A model generated the notes under the pieces. It worked only from the letters and a program-made list of their open reading frames with translations. It ran no database searches and had not been told where the DNA came from. 64,000 bases of DNA, taken from positions 7,694 to 71,693 of the forward strand of contig CAZSSA010000001.1 of assembly GCA_964609375.1 (NCBI GenBank). Reading direction: 5' to 3'. A program made the translations under genes and the position numbers. Positions 1 to 9,285 of this stretch are shown here, piece after piece (the stretch's first letter is position 1; each line of letters starts with the position of its first letter). This DNA comes from an uncultured Verrucomicrobiota bacterium. Lineage in GTDB: Bacteria > Verrucomicrobiota > Kiritimatiellia > CAIKKV01 > CAITUY01.

Positions 1-365
1 AGCCCATCCACAAGGGCAAAATCGCTCGCTGGCTTCACCCCCGCCAACGCCCGGCCCATGGCCAGATGCGTGGCCCGCAAGATGTTTCGGTCATCAATTT
101 CCTGGACGCTCGCCACTCCCACCGCAAAAGAAACACGGGAAGATCCCGTCAGGAATCCATAGAGATCTTCGCGCTGAGTTACGGAAAGTCGCTTAGAGTC
201 ATTAACCCCCTTGAGTAAGCCATATTGCTCATCCTCAAGGAAATCACGCTCGAACACCAACGCCGCAGCGACAACGGGACCCGCTAAGGGGCCCCGCCCG
301 GCCTCGTCCACTCCTGCCAGTCGCCGATGCCCCTGCTCCCAAGCCTGACGCTCGAACTGGAGCAA
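1..365 (-). CDS. rnhB: Ribonuclease HII, N-terminal ~121 codons; 3' end lies beyond the window start
   Basis: Minus-frame translation reads LQFERQAWEQGHRRLAGVDEAGRGPLAGPVVAAALVFERDF...DSKRLS...EIDDRNILRATHLAMGRALAG, the RNase HII N-terminal signature. TTG start 11 nt after the rplS stop. Not in the ORF track because it is truncated. Confidence 0.75.
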   Translation of the reverse strand, partial: MLQFERQAWEQGHRRLAGVDEAGRGPLAGPVVAAALVFERDFLEDEQYGLLKGVNDSKRLSVTQREDLYGFLTGSSRVSFAVGVASVQEIDDRNILRATHLAMGRALAGVKPASDFALVDG

Positions 366-376
366 TCCAAATCTCC

Positions 377-743
377 TCAGGCTTCCGCCATCTTGGATTT
401 TTCGCGCAGCTTTGCGCTCTTTCCTGACCGGTCGCGCAGGTAATACAACTTGGCACGACGCGCCTTGCCGGAACTTTCAACCTCAAGTTTGGCAATATTC
501 GGCGAATGCACGGGAAAAACCCTTTCCACCCCAACGCCATGCGAAACTCTCCGAACGGTAAAGGTTTCGGTAGCCGCATGCCCGTCACGGGCAATCACAG
601 TTCCAGTGTAGGCCTGCAAACGTTCCTTGCCGCCTTCGCGGATCCGGACCTGTATCTTGACAGTGTCCCCTACGTTGAACGGCGGCAGAACATCCTGCCT
701 CAGGTTTTCCTTATGAATCATGGCCAATGCTTTAGCAATCATA
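377..743 (-). CDS. rplS: 50S ribosomal protein L19
   Basis: Protein reads MIAKALAMIHKENLRQDVLPPFNVGDTVKIQVRIREGGKERLQAYTGTVIARDG...RRVSHGVGVERVFPVHSPNI, typical L19. Start moved to the internal ATG at 743; the track ORF extends to 811. Confidence 0.9.
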
Positions 744-750
744 GTCACCT

Positions 751-1428
751 CTATTCCAACAAGTCCGGTCTTTTCTCCCGGGTCCGACTTTGCGCCTGCT
801 CGCGCCTCCACCGGGCAATTTCCTCATGGTCCCCCGAGACCAGAATTTCGGGAACCCTCAACCCTCTAAACTCCTTCGGTCGCGTATACTGCGGATACTC
901 CAACATACCACCCGCAAACGACTCCTCCTTCGTGGCGCTATCATTCCCCAAAACACCAGGCACCAACCGGACCACAGCATCAATCACAACCGCCGCCGGC
1001 AGAACCCCGTTGGTCAACACATAGTCGCCAATCGAAATCTCTTCATTCACCAAGTGGGTTCGAACCCTCTCGTCCACCCCCTCATAGTGACCACAGACAA
1101 AGATCAAATGCGATTCCTGCGCCAACTGCGCCGCCATCGCCTGCTCAAAACGCCGCCCTTGCGGCGTCATCAATATCACCTTCGATGCCGGTCTCCTCAC
1201 CGACTCCACCGCTTCAAACAAAGGCTCCGGCTTCATCACCATTCCCGGCCCGCCGCCAAACGGCCTATCATCCGTCGTCTGATGCCGATCCCTGGTAAAC
1301 CGGCGAAGATCCACAGCCTGAATCGTCGCCAACCCCTTCTGAGCCGCCCGCTTCAGGATGCTTTCATCAAGAAAGCCTTTCAACATACCCGGAAAAATCG
1401 TAACGACATCAATCTGTAACGGCTCCAT
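751..1428 (-). CDS. trmD: tRNA (guanine37-N1)-methyltransferase
   Basis: [15 protein letters not shown]...[13 protein letters not shown]...LMTPQGRRF...[15 protein letters not shown] matches the TrmD family. Start placed at the conserved ME..IDVVT motif. Confidence 0.9.
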   Translation of the reverse strand: MEPLQIDVVTIFPGMLKGFLDESILKRAAQKGLATIQAVDLRRFTRDRHQTTDDRPFGGGPGMVMKPEPLFEAVESVRRPASKVILMTPQGRRFEQAMAAQLAQESHLIFVCGHYEGVDERVRTHLVNEEISIGDYVLTNGVLPAAVVIDAVVRLVPGVLGNDSATKEESFAGGMLEYPQYTRPKEFRGLRVPEILVSGDHEEIARWRREQAQSRTREKRPDLLE

Positions 1429-1435
1429 GGCCTGC

Positions 1436-1666
1436 TTATTCCGCCACTTCCAAAACCGCACGACGCCCCTCTTTAGACGCCAGATTGCTCAGTAACACCC
1501 GAAGGGCACTGATCGTCTTTCCACTTCGGCCAATCAGCCGCCCCACATCTTTGGGATGGCACCGAAGCTCAAGAATTGTCGTTTGCTTCCCTGTCACCTC
1601 GGTGACGGCCACATCGCCCGGATGATCAAGCAATGCACGGGTTATATACAATACAAACGGCTTCAT
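1436..1666 (-). CDS. khpA: KH-domain RNA-binding protein (KhpA/YlqC-like) in the slot usually holding rimM
   Basis: 76 aa, [18 protein letters not shown] is a KH-domain GxxG loop. Located between rpsP and trmD. Confidence 0.7.
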   Translation of the reverse strand: MKPFVLYITRALLDHPGDVAVTEVTGKQTTILELRCHPKDVGRLIGRSGKTISALRVLLSNLASKEGRRAVLEVAE

Positions 1667-1920
1667 GCGCTGGTCTTGGCCGAAGCACGGAACTTGCGCA
1701 ACAGGCTCTTCACGGTATCACTAACTTGAGCGCCTTTGCTCGTCCAGTACTCAATCCGATCCATTTTAAGACTGAAATTGACACCCTTCTTCTTCGGGTC
1801 ATACCACCCAATGACTTCCAGGTTCTTCCCGTCTCGCGGGCTTCGACTATCTGCGGCGACCACACGGTAAGCTATATCCTTGTTCGCTCCCGTTCGGGTC
1901 ATTCTGATTTTAACTGACAT
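1663..1920 (-). CDS. rpsP: 30S ribosomal protein S16
   Basis: MSVKIRMTRTGANKDIAYRVVAADSRSPRDGKNLEVIGWYDP is a typical S16 N-terminus. Confidence 0.9.
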   Translation of the reverse strand: MSVKIRMTRTGANKDIAYRVVAADSRSPRDGKNLEVIGWYDPKKKGVNFSLKMDRIEYWTSKGAQVSDTVKSLLRKFRASAKTSA

Positions 1921-1999
1921 CCCGTCCTCCCTTGAAATATGGCCTGCAGGGCAAAGTCCACCCTGAGTACAGGCGTAAAAAGTGGGTCACTATTTCACA

Positions 2000-3334
2000 T
2001 TATCGTCGAGGGCGCAACCTCTTTTGTAACGCCCCCATCCTTTTAGCCATCTGCCGCGCCTGGTCAAACTGCCTGAGCAATTCGTTGACATCCTGAACTT
2101 GTGTGCCGCTCCCCATCGCAATACGACGCTTGCGTCCAGCATTGAGAATCTCTGGCCGCCTCCGTTCCTTCCGCGTCATGCTCAGAATAATGGCCTCAGC
2201 CCGCCTTGAAAAACGCTCAAAATCGCGCCCCGCACTGGCGGCATCTCTCATTTTCGCCTTTACCTGACCACCCATTGGCAACATCTCGAGCAAATTTTCA
2301 AAGGGCCCCATTTTGCGTAACTGCGCCAACTGACCAAGAAAATCCTCCAAATCCAACCGACTTCCCCGAATTTTCTTTTCAACATCTGCCACCTGCTCGA
2401 TATCAACCGTCAGTTGAACCTTCTCCACCAAACTGACAATATCACCCATGCCAAGAATTCGGGAAGCCATGCGTTCAGGGTAAAAGGCATCAAGATCTCC
2501 CGTGTGCTCTCCGGTTCCTGTAAACAGGATCGGACATCCAGTAACCGACTGAATAGATAGAGCTGCACCACCCCTCGCATCACCATCCAGCTTCGTCAGT
2601 ATCAACCCCTTGAGATCAAGCGCTTTATGAAAAACATCTGCAACATGAACCGACTCCTGCCCGATCGCCGCATCCACCACCAGAAGGGTGTTCCGGCACT
2701 TCACGACTTCCCGTAACTCTTTCAACTCCTGGACTAATTCCTCATCAATCTGGAAACGCCCACCCGTATCAAACAAGACAACATCACGTCCGCTCCGTTC
2801 TGCCATGTCCATGGCCCGGTGACCCAAGGCGGGCACTTTCTCGTCTTTTCCCGGTCCCAACATCTCAACACCAACTTGACCAGCCAACACACGCAACTGA
2901 TCAACAGCCGCTGGCCGCCGAATATCGGCACCCACCAACAAAACGTTTTTCCCATCCTTTTTCCACATCGCCGCCAGCTTTGCAGAGGATGTTGTCTTGC
3001 CCGAACCGTGTAACCCCACCAGCATCACAGGCGCCGGCTTTGGATTCAGCTCCAAACGCCGGTTCCGCCCTCCGCCAAGCAGGCTGACCAACTCGTCATG
3101 CACCCGCTTAATCACCTGCTGCCCGGGAGTAATGCTATCCAATACTTCCTGCCCCACGCATTGCGCACTCACCTTGGACACAAAGTCACGAGCCACCTCA
3201 TAATTGACATCCGCCTCAAGCAATGCCATGCGCACCTCGCGCATGGCATCGCGTATATTGTCTTCTGAAAGGCGACCATATCCGCGAAGCTTGCGGAATA
3301 CCTGTTCCAACGAATGGGTCAACGATTCAAACAC
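2000..3334 (-). CDS. ffh: Signal recognition particle protein Ffh
   Basis: SRP54 N and G domains (GLHGSGKTTSSAKLA, DTGGR, TKLDGDARGGAA) plus a Met-rich M domain. Probable GTG start at 3334, with GGGAGG 6 nt upstream. Confidence 0.95.
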   Translation of the reverse strand: MFESLTHSLEQVFRKLRGYGRLSEDNIRDAMREVRMALLEADVNYEVARDFVSKVSAQCVGQEVLDSITPGQQVIKRVHDELVSLLGGGRNRRLELNPKPAPVMLVGLHGSGKTTSSAKLAAMWKKDGKNVLLVGADIRRPAAVDQLRVLAGQVGVEMLGPGKDEKVPALGHRAMDMAERSGRDVVLFDTGGRFQIDEELVQELKELREVVKCRNTLLVVDAAIGQESVHVADVFHKALDLKGLILTKLDGDARGGAALSIQSVTGCPILFTGTGEHTGDLDAFYPERMASRILGMGDIVSLVEKVQLTVDIEQVADVEKKIRGSRLDLEDFLGQLAQLRKMGPFENLLEMLPMGGQVKAKMRDAASAGRDFERFSRRAEAIILSMTRKERRRPEILNAGRKRRIAMGSGTQVQDVNELLRQFDQARQMAKRMGALQKRLRPRR

Positions 3335-3355
3335 GTTTCCTCCCGAAAATCACAT

Positions 3356-3376
3356 GCGCGCCACGGGACGGCGCGC
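3356..3376 (-). terminator. GC hairpin (GCGCGCC-N7-GGCGCGC) between clpC and ffh. On the minus strand it is followed by a GATTTT segment, then the GGGAGG Shine-Dalgarno and the GTG start of ffh. Possible partial terminator or attenuator.
   Basis: Inverted repeat read directly from the sequence; the T-run after the stem is short. Confidence 0.3.
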
Positions 3377-3432
3377 ACAAACACTCGACCTTCACCTAAT
3401 TTAACCTTTGCCAAAACCAGCGCCTTTCAGTC

Positions 3433-5913
3433 TCAGGCGTTTACTTCAACCCCTGCCACAACCCGGAACGCCAACCCTCCATCGGCTTTCACAACCTCAA
3501 CTTTTTTGGCCCCATGTAAATCTCCCCTGAGAATCTCTTCGGCTAAAGGATCCTCCAAATAACGCTGCACGGCACGTCGAAGCGGACGAGCACCCATGGC
3601 CACATCAAACCCCTTGTCCAGCAGGAACTCCCGCGCGTCGGGGATCAGCACCAACTCGATCCCCTTGGCGGCCACACGTTTCTGGACCTTGGCCACTTCG
3701 AGTCCAAGGATCTTAATCGTATCATCCCTGGATAACTGGCGGAACACAACAATTTCATCCAACCGGTTGATGAATTCCGGCTTGAACATCCGCTTAACGT
3801 CCTCAAGCATCCTCTGCTTCAACATCTCATAATCCAGCGCTCCGCTGGTTTCCGTAAATCCCAATCCCGCTTTCCGACCGAAATCAGCGCCCAGGTTTGT
3901 AGTCAGAATAATCACCGTATTCCGGAAATCAATGGGACGCCCAAAGCTATCCGTCAACCGCCCTTCCTCCATAATCTGAAGGAGCATGTGCATCACATCC
4001 GGATGCGCCTTCTCAATCTCATCAAACAAAACCACGGAATAGGGACGGCGCCGAACCTTTTCCGTCAACTGCCCCCCCTCCTCGTAACCCACATATCCCG
4101 GCGGAGATCCCACCAACCGTGAAACGGTAAATTTCTCCATGTATTCGGACATATCAAGCTGGATCAGGGCATTCGGATCATCAAACATGAACTCCGCCAG
4201 CGCTTTCGCCAACAAGGTTTTCCCAACCCCCGTCGGTCCTAGAAAAACAAACGAACCGATCGGGCGCTTGGGGTCCTTCAGATCCGCACGCGACCTCCGA
4301 AGCGCTTTTGATATCGCCAAAATGGCAGGATCCTGCCCTACCACCGTCTTCCCAAGCTCCTCCTCCATCTGAAGAAGGCGGGCAAGCTCCTTGCCCTCCA
4401 TTTTTTTCAGGGGAACCCCCGTCCATTTGGACACAACGGCCATCACTTCTTCCGCTGTCACCTTAACTTTTTTCTTCTGGGACACTTCCCGCCACTTCTT
4501 CACGCTCTCTTCAAGCGCTTCACGTTCCCTGCGTTCCAAATCACGCAATTGAGCCGCATCTTCAAACTTCTGGGCTTTAATCGCCGCTTCTTTCTGAATC
4601 CGGATCTTCTCGATACCCTGTTCTTTCTTGCGCAGGTCGGGAGATCGGGTGGTCGCTTGAATCCGCGCACGGGACCCAGCCTCATCAATGGTATCAATAG
4701 CCTTGTCCGGAAGACGCCTCCCGGATAGATACCGGTCAGTCAACCGGGCCGCCGCTTCAATGGCATCATCAGTAATTTTGACCCCGTGATGCTCCTCGTA
4801 TTTATAACGAATACCTTTCAAAATCCGAATGGCTTCATCCACGGTCGGCTCATTGACCTGTACCGTCTGGAACCGCCGCTCCAATGCACTGTCTTTCTCA
4901 ATATGCTTGCGATACTCATCGAGCGTCGTTGCACCAATACATTGCAACTCCCCGCGCGCCAAGGCGGGCTTAATAATATTCGAGGCATCCATCGTACCCT
5001 CAGCCGACCCCGCCCCCACAATCGTATGCAATTCATCAACAAATAACATGACATTCCCAGACCGGCGTATCTCGTCCATGACCGCCTTAATTCTCTCCTC
5101 AAACTGTCCGCGATACTTGGTCCCTGCAATCATAAGGGCTAAATCCAACGCAATAACACGTTTATTCCTCAAGATATCAGGCACCAGCCCTTGCACGATC
5201 ACTTGGGCAAGACCCTCGGCAATGGCCGTCTTGCCAACCCCAGCTTCACCAAGCAAAACAGGATTGTTTTTGGTTCTACGGCAAAGGATCTGAATGACGC
5301 GCTCCAACTCAGGCTCTCGCCCAATCATCGGATCTAACGCTCCCTTTTTCGCCATTTCCGTTAAATCCCTCCCAAAAGCGTTTAAAGCGGGGGTCTTCTG
5401 CTTGGTGGCAGCCGGTGGCGTTTGCTTTGTCTTTGGCTCCGGAGTCTCGGATTCCTCTCCAGGCTCAAAATTCGGATCAAGCTCCTTCATGACTTCGACT
5501 CGCGTCGTGTCAACATCAACATTCAGCGCCCGTAATACTTGAGCGGCCACCCCTTCTCCTTCCCGCAACAACCCCAACAAGATATGCTCAGTCCCGATAT
5601 AGGAATGATTCAAGGTGCGAGCCTCAGTCGCCGCCAATTGCAGGACTTTTTTCGCACGGGGAGTAAAGGGAACGTTGCCGACTGTCTTGGTTTCCGGCCC
5701 CTGACCAACCAGTTTCTCCACCTCTAACCGCATGGACTCCAACGAGATACCCATGCGATCAAGCACCGTCACAGCCACCCCGGATCCCAGCGCCACCAAC
5801 CCGAGCAGAATATGCTCCGTCCCAACATAAGGATGGTTGAACCGTTCCGCCTCAGAGCGAGCCAGTTGAATAACCTGCTGGGCTCGCGGTGTATAATTTC
5901 CTGAATTTGCCAT
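3433..5913 (-). CDS. clpC: ATP-dependent Clp protease ATP-binding subunit ClpC
   Basis: 826 aa. Two Clp_N repeats at the N-terminus, two AAA+ modules ([30 protein letters not shown]), a UVR-like middle region and a ClpB-D2 small domain. Confidence 0.95.
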   Translation of the reverse strand: MANSGNYTPRAQQVIQLARSEAERFNHPYVGTEHILLGLVALGSGVAVTVLDRMGISLESMRLEVEKLVGQGPETKTVGNVPFTPRAKKVLQLAATEARTLNHSYIGTEHILLGLLREGEGVAAQVLRALNVDVDTTRVEVMKELDPNFEPGEESETPEPKTKQTPPAATKQKTPALNAFGRDLTEMAKKGALDPMIGREPELERVIQILCRRTKNNPVLLGEAGVGKTAIAEGLAQVIVQGLVPDILRNKRVIALDLALMIAGTKYRGQFEERIKAVMDEIRRSGNVMLFVDELHTIVGAGSAEGTMDASNIIKPALARGELQCIGATTLDEYRKHIEKDSALERRFQTVQVNEPTVDEAIRILKGIRYKYEEHHGVKITDDAIEAAARLTDRYLSGRRLPDKAIDTIDEAGSRARIQATTRSPDLRKKEQGIEKIRIQKEAAIKAQKFEDAAQLRDLERREREALEESVKKWREVSQKKKVKVTAEEVMAVVSKWTGVPLKKMEGKELARLLQMEEELGKTVVGQDPAILAISKALRRSRADLKDPKRPIGSFVFLGPTGVGKTLLAKALAEFMFDDPNALIQLDMSEYMEKFTVSRLVGSPPGYVGYEEGGQLTEKVRRRPYSVVLFDEIEKAHPDVMHMLLQIMEEGRLTDSFGRPIDFRNTVIILTTNLGADFGRKAGLGFTETSGALDYEMLKQRMLEDVKRMFKPEFINRLDEIVVFRQLSRDDTIKILGLEVAKVQKRVAAKGIELVLIPDAREFLLDKGFDVAMGARPLRRAVQRYLEDPLAEEILRGDLHGAKKVEVVKADGGLAFRVVAGVEVNA

Positions 5914-5934
5914 ATAAAAACCAATCCTTGCGGG

Positions 5935-6996
5935 TTAACCAACCAATGTAGCCCGCCTTACAACTTCTCTCACTCGCGCCGCCCGCAACTCATCCCGCTC
6001 CTCAGGCTTCACAAACTGCCCCGCCGATTTCTGCAAGTGACCGGGCTGCGAACACAGCGTTAACCGGTTAATATCCGCCATCTCCAATCCCTCAATCATA
6101 CCAAGATCAAATCCAAGGCGCAACCCGGAGAGCAAGTCCAGTGTTTCACGCGATGTCAACACCCTCGCATGACACAAGACACCATAGGCCCTTCCAACAA
6201 AATCCCGGATCCGGCTTTCCCGCTGCTCCATCAGCCGAATTCTGGCATTTCGCTCGTGATTGGCAATTTCATTCACAATTTGAGCGAGTCGCTCAATAAT
6301 AGCCGCTTCCGATTCACCCAATGTAGTCTGGTTCGAGACCTGAAACATATTCCCCGTCGCCTCCGTCCCCTCACCCAGAAGCCCCCGAACCATCAGACCA
6401 ATCTTGCTCAACCCCTTGATAATTGGCTCGATTTCATTCGCCAATCGCAATGCCGGCACATGCAACATCACACTAGCTCGGAGCCCTGTGCCTACATTCG
6501 TCGGACATGCCGTCAAATACCCAAGCCTCGGCGAAAACGCATAATGAACTTTCTCCTCAATTTCGGAGTCCATCATGTCAATTTCTCGCCATAGTTCATT
6601 AAGTAATAATCCCGGACGCATCGCTTGTAACCGAAGATGATCCTCCTCATTCACCATGACCCCAAGAATCTCGTCCGGCCGCACCACAAGGCAACTCCCC
6701 CGCGACTTCCGGACCAGTTCCATACTGATCAAATGCCGCTCATGAAGAAAATCCTTGTCCTGCAATGGGATATCCCCCATGTCAACACCCATGGCAGAAT
6801 CAAGCGATTTCACCGTTCCAAGAACGTCCTCCATCTGACGTTGAACCCGAAGACACTCCTCCTCGCCAGCCCAACCAGGAAAGGCAATGCCATGGAGATT
6901 CCTCGCCAACCGGATACGACTGCTGATAACAATCATATTACGCCCGTCTTCAGGCAACCATGAGCCGGGTTTACTTACTAAATCATCCAGCTTCAT
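5935..6996 (-). CDS. mcsB: Protein arginine kinase McsB (ATP:guanido phosphotransferase family)
   Basis: 353 aa. SSRIRLARNL, CPTNVGTGLRASVMLHVPAL and EATGNMFQVSNQ motifs of phosphagen-kinase-like McsB. Lies immediately upstream of clpC. Confidence 0.9.
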   Translation of the reverse strand: MKLDDLVSKPGSWLPEDGRNMIVISSRIRLARNLHGIAFPGWAGEEECLRVQRQMEDVLGTVKSLDSAMGVDMGDIPLQDKDFLHERHLISMELVRKSRGSCLVVRPDEILGVMVNEEDHLRLQAMRPGLLLNELWREIDMMDSEIEEKVHYAFSPRLGYLTACPTNVGTGLRASVMLHVPALRLANEIEPIIKGLSKIGLMVRGLLGEGTEATGNMFQVSNQTTLGESEAAIIERLAQIVNEIANHERNARIRLMEQRESRIRDFVGRAYGVLCHARVLTSRETLDLLSGLRLGFDLGMIEGLEMADINRLTLCSQPGHLQKSAGQFVKPEERDELRAARVREVVRRATLVG

Positions 6997-7474
6997 GCCC
7001 CGCCTCCCGAATCAAATCCCGCACTTGCGCCGCTCGCTCATAGTCTTCACACTTGATGGCATCATCAAGGTCTCCTTGAAGCTTCACCACCCTCGACTTC
7101 ACCCCCACCACTTGACGGACAGTCCTTGGAACCTTTCCTTTGTGTGTCACGCCTTTATGCATCGCCGCCAACATCGGTTTAAGGTCTTCACCAAACGACT
7201 CATAACAACGTTCACACCCAAGACGCCCCGTTTTTTTAAAATCCGTTCCCCGAAGGTGGCAGTAAGGACAACGGCGATTCAAGAACCCAGAAGCATCATC
7301 ACCACCCGCCAGTCCAAAAAGAATCTCCGGAATGGACATGACATTCTGAACATTCAGTCCGCTTTCCTCTGCGCACTCCTCGCATAAGTGCAATTCCCTG
7401 CTATTACCGTCAATCACTTGCGATACATGAATGGAGGCTTCACTCTGATGACAGCTATCACAAAGCATACTCAC
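6983..7474 (-). CDS. mcsA: McsA-like activator of McsB (Cys4 zinc fingers plus UvrB/C-like motif)
   Basis: CDSCHQ...LCEECAEE and RCPYC...CERC cysteine pairs, and a C-terminal DYERAAQVRDLI UVR-like motif. Overlaps mcsB by 14 nt. Confidence 0.75.
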   Translation of the reverse strand: MSMLCDSCHQSEASIHVSQVIDGNSRELHLCEECAEESGLNVQNVMSIPEILFGLAGGDDASGFLNRRCPYCHLRGTDFKKTGRLGCERCYESFGEDLKPMLAAMHKGVTHKGKVPRTVRQVVGVKSRVVKLQGDLDDAIKCEDYERAAQVRDLIREAGHEAG

Positions 7475-7692
7475 ACACCCTTCTCAAAACACGCCTTGAA
7501 CACTTTTGGAAGCTGGGCAGTACAAAGTCGTACCGTACACCGCACCATCAAAACAAAGGTCCGCAGGTGAAGCATCCATAGTAGTGACGCCCCCTCCGTA
7601 AAACAACCTGATTTTAAAAACAGCTCCTTATTTATTTGAAACAGACCCTTCTCGTCGTGTTTTTTAACGAACATTATTTACAAACACACCGA

Positions 7693-7721
7693 TTGACATC
7701 CATCCGCACTTCGAGTATCCT
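7693..7721 (+). promoter_or_regulatory. Candidate sigma70-type promoter (TTGACA, 17 nt spacer, TATCCT) upstream of the 7781 gene
   Basis: Hexamers and spacer read directly. Position fits a transcription start about 50 nt before the ATG. Confidence 0.35.
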
Positions 7722-7780
7722 GAGTGTAGAGTTGAAGTGAGATGTTTTTATATCTATTTGTATTCAATGGGGTGAATAAA

Positions 7781-9208
7781 ATGAAAAAAATGATTGGAAT
7801 ATTAGCGGCTTCTGTTCTGGCTCAGCTGGCATACGCTCAGGCGACTTCTTCTGTCCCCTATCAAATCACGTTTGAGAATTACGGCGCAGGGTCTTCGATC
7901 CTGAGCAACGCCAATAATGACGGCTGGTTTGGCACCGAGGGCACGGTGGCTGTCGTGACAAACATCCAGTACACACCTGCTATGCAGTCTTATCTGACAA
8001 ACTCCGTAAGCCACTCCAATGTGCTGAAGTTCTCGGACGGAACCATTTCCAATATGTTCGATGGCAGCGGCCTGTCGGACATCGTTATAGACACAATGAT
8101 CCAGCCGGTCCGCAGCGAGGCACCCACCTCGCAGACGATGCTCGCTGTCAGTAATTCACAAGTCTCTCTCTACTTCGATACGAATGGTTACATCAATGTG
8201 TATCATGGTGTAATGACAAATGCGGATTATGGCAATCCTCCCCATTCCGCACAATGGAGCGTACTAAGCAATGGATTTGGTGCCGCTGAATCGGGAGCTT
8301 GGGTACGCGTCACCGTCAATATGAAGCATGACGGCGATTCATCAATGTCGTACTTTAAAATGAAAATAAACAATACGGAGTTCGTGAACCCTCTGGCATA
8401 TTCAGACACAGCTGGCTCATTGACACCAACGGGTTCATGGTTCCTGTGCGCCAATTACAATCAAAACAAGTTGAACCAGATCGCCATAAATGGCAGCGGC
8501 ATGCTGGATGACTTCGTCGTGGCCACTACCGAAGGAAGCTATGTAGCCGCCGCTCCTACCGTCTATGTAATGATTGCCGGCAACGGAGGCAGCGTCACTC
8601 CTCCTGGACCCGTCGTTTTCACAGCCAGCCCCGGTGAGACAAACTTTGTCATTCTCGCTTCAAACTACTACCAGATTTCCTCGGTTTATACCGGCGCTTA
8701 TCAGGGAGTTTCAAACCTTGTCGCCACAGAGGAGGGTGCTGTAAGCAATAGTTTTGTTTGGGCGAATATCACAGGAAACTCCTCTTTGTTTGTGACGTTT
8801 GCCCCTATGTTGGCTGCAAGCAACGTGCCGCTTTACTGGATGGCTGACAGGTCCCCGACCAACGGAGATTACCCAACGTGGGACAGCGTGTCCCTGAGCG
8901 ACGTGGACGGCGACGGCATGGTGACTTGGAAGGAGTATATCGCCCGAACTCATCCCGGCAACTCCAACTCCGTGCTGAGAATCTTAAGCCAGACGTTCAG
9001 CAACGGTTTGCCGCGTATCGTCTGGTCCGGCAGCACAGAACCTGATCGCCCCGCCTCCATGATTCAACTGTCGACGAATCTGGTCGACATCGACTCTTGG
9101 ACCGCCATTAGCAACAATATTCCTGCTGACGCCAGCGGGACCAATGAGTGGAAGGCCTCTGCGCCTGCTCCAACGCCAGCGTTCTACCGGGTGTCAGTCA
9201 CAAACTGA
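7781..9208 (+). CDS. Secreted hypothetical protein. Signal peptide, a beta-rich region with InlB-B-repeat-like segments, a DVDGDGM calcium-binding-like motif, and a C-terminal module shared with the 1716-aa subtilase
   Basis: Start placed at MKKMIGILAASVLAQLAYAQA (GGGGTGA Shine-Dalgarno 6 nt upstream); the track ORF starts at 7742. The C-terminus ...PAFYRVSVTN aligns with ...VRFYRITVEKP of the 51186 protein. Confidence 0.8.
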   Translation: MKKMIGILAASVLAQLAYAQATSSVPYQITFENYGAGSSILSNANNDGWFGTEGTVAVVTNIQYTPAMQSYLTNSVSHSNVLKFSDGTISNMFDGSGLSDIVIDTMIQPVRSEAPTSQTMLAVSNSQVSLYFDTNGYINVYHGVMTNADYGNPPHSAQWSVLSNGFGAAESGAWVRVTVNMKHDGDSSMSYFKMKINNTEFVNPLAYSDTAGSLTPTGSWFLCANYNQNKLNQIAINGSGMLDDFVVATTEGSYVAAAPTVYVMIAGNGGSVTPPGPVVFTASPGETNFVILASNYYQISSVYTGAYQGVSNLVATEEGAVSNSFVWANITGNSSLFVTFAPMLAASNVPLYWMADRSPTNGDYPTWDSVSLSDVDGDGMVTWKEYIARTHPGNSNSVLRILSQTFSNGLPRIVWSGSTEPDRPASMIQLSTNLVDIDSWTAISNNIPADASGTNEWKASAPAPTPAFYRVSVTN

Positions 9209-9224
9209 TCACTGGGTCATATTA

Positions 9225-9265
9225 AAAAAGAAAAACCGCCTAATAAAGGCGGTTTTTCTTTTTTA
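9225..9265. terminator. Bidirectional rho-independent terminator serving the convergent 7781..9208 and 9286..10542 genes
   Basis: AAAAAAGAAAAACCGCC-TAATAAA-GGCGGTTTTTCTTTTTT: a perfect 8-bp GC-rich stem flanked by an A-run and a T-run. Confidence 0.85.
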
Positions 9266-9285
9266 GACGGAACCCCCACTTCGGC

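Noticed and set aside
244-1419. Track ORFs 244..594(-), 506..1024(+) and 790..1419(+) overlapping rplS/trmD
   Set aside because: They lie in alternative frames or on the opposite strand of well-supported conserved genes and have Arg/Pro/His-rich low-complexity translations. These are GC-rich composition artefacts.
7471-7674. 67-aa minus-strand ORF overlapping the mcsA start / upstream region
   Set aside because: No conserved features, and it overlaps the mcsA N-terminus in another frame. Likely spurious.
7475-7741. Searched for a CtsR operator (GGTCAAA direct heptads) upstream of mcsA
   Set aside because: No GGTCAAA/TTTGACC repeats are present, so no CtsR box can be claimed.
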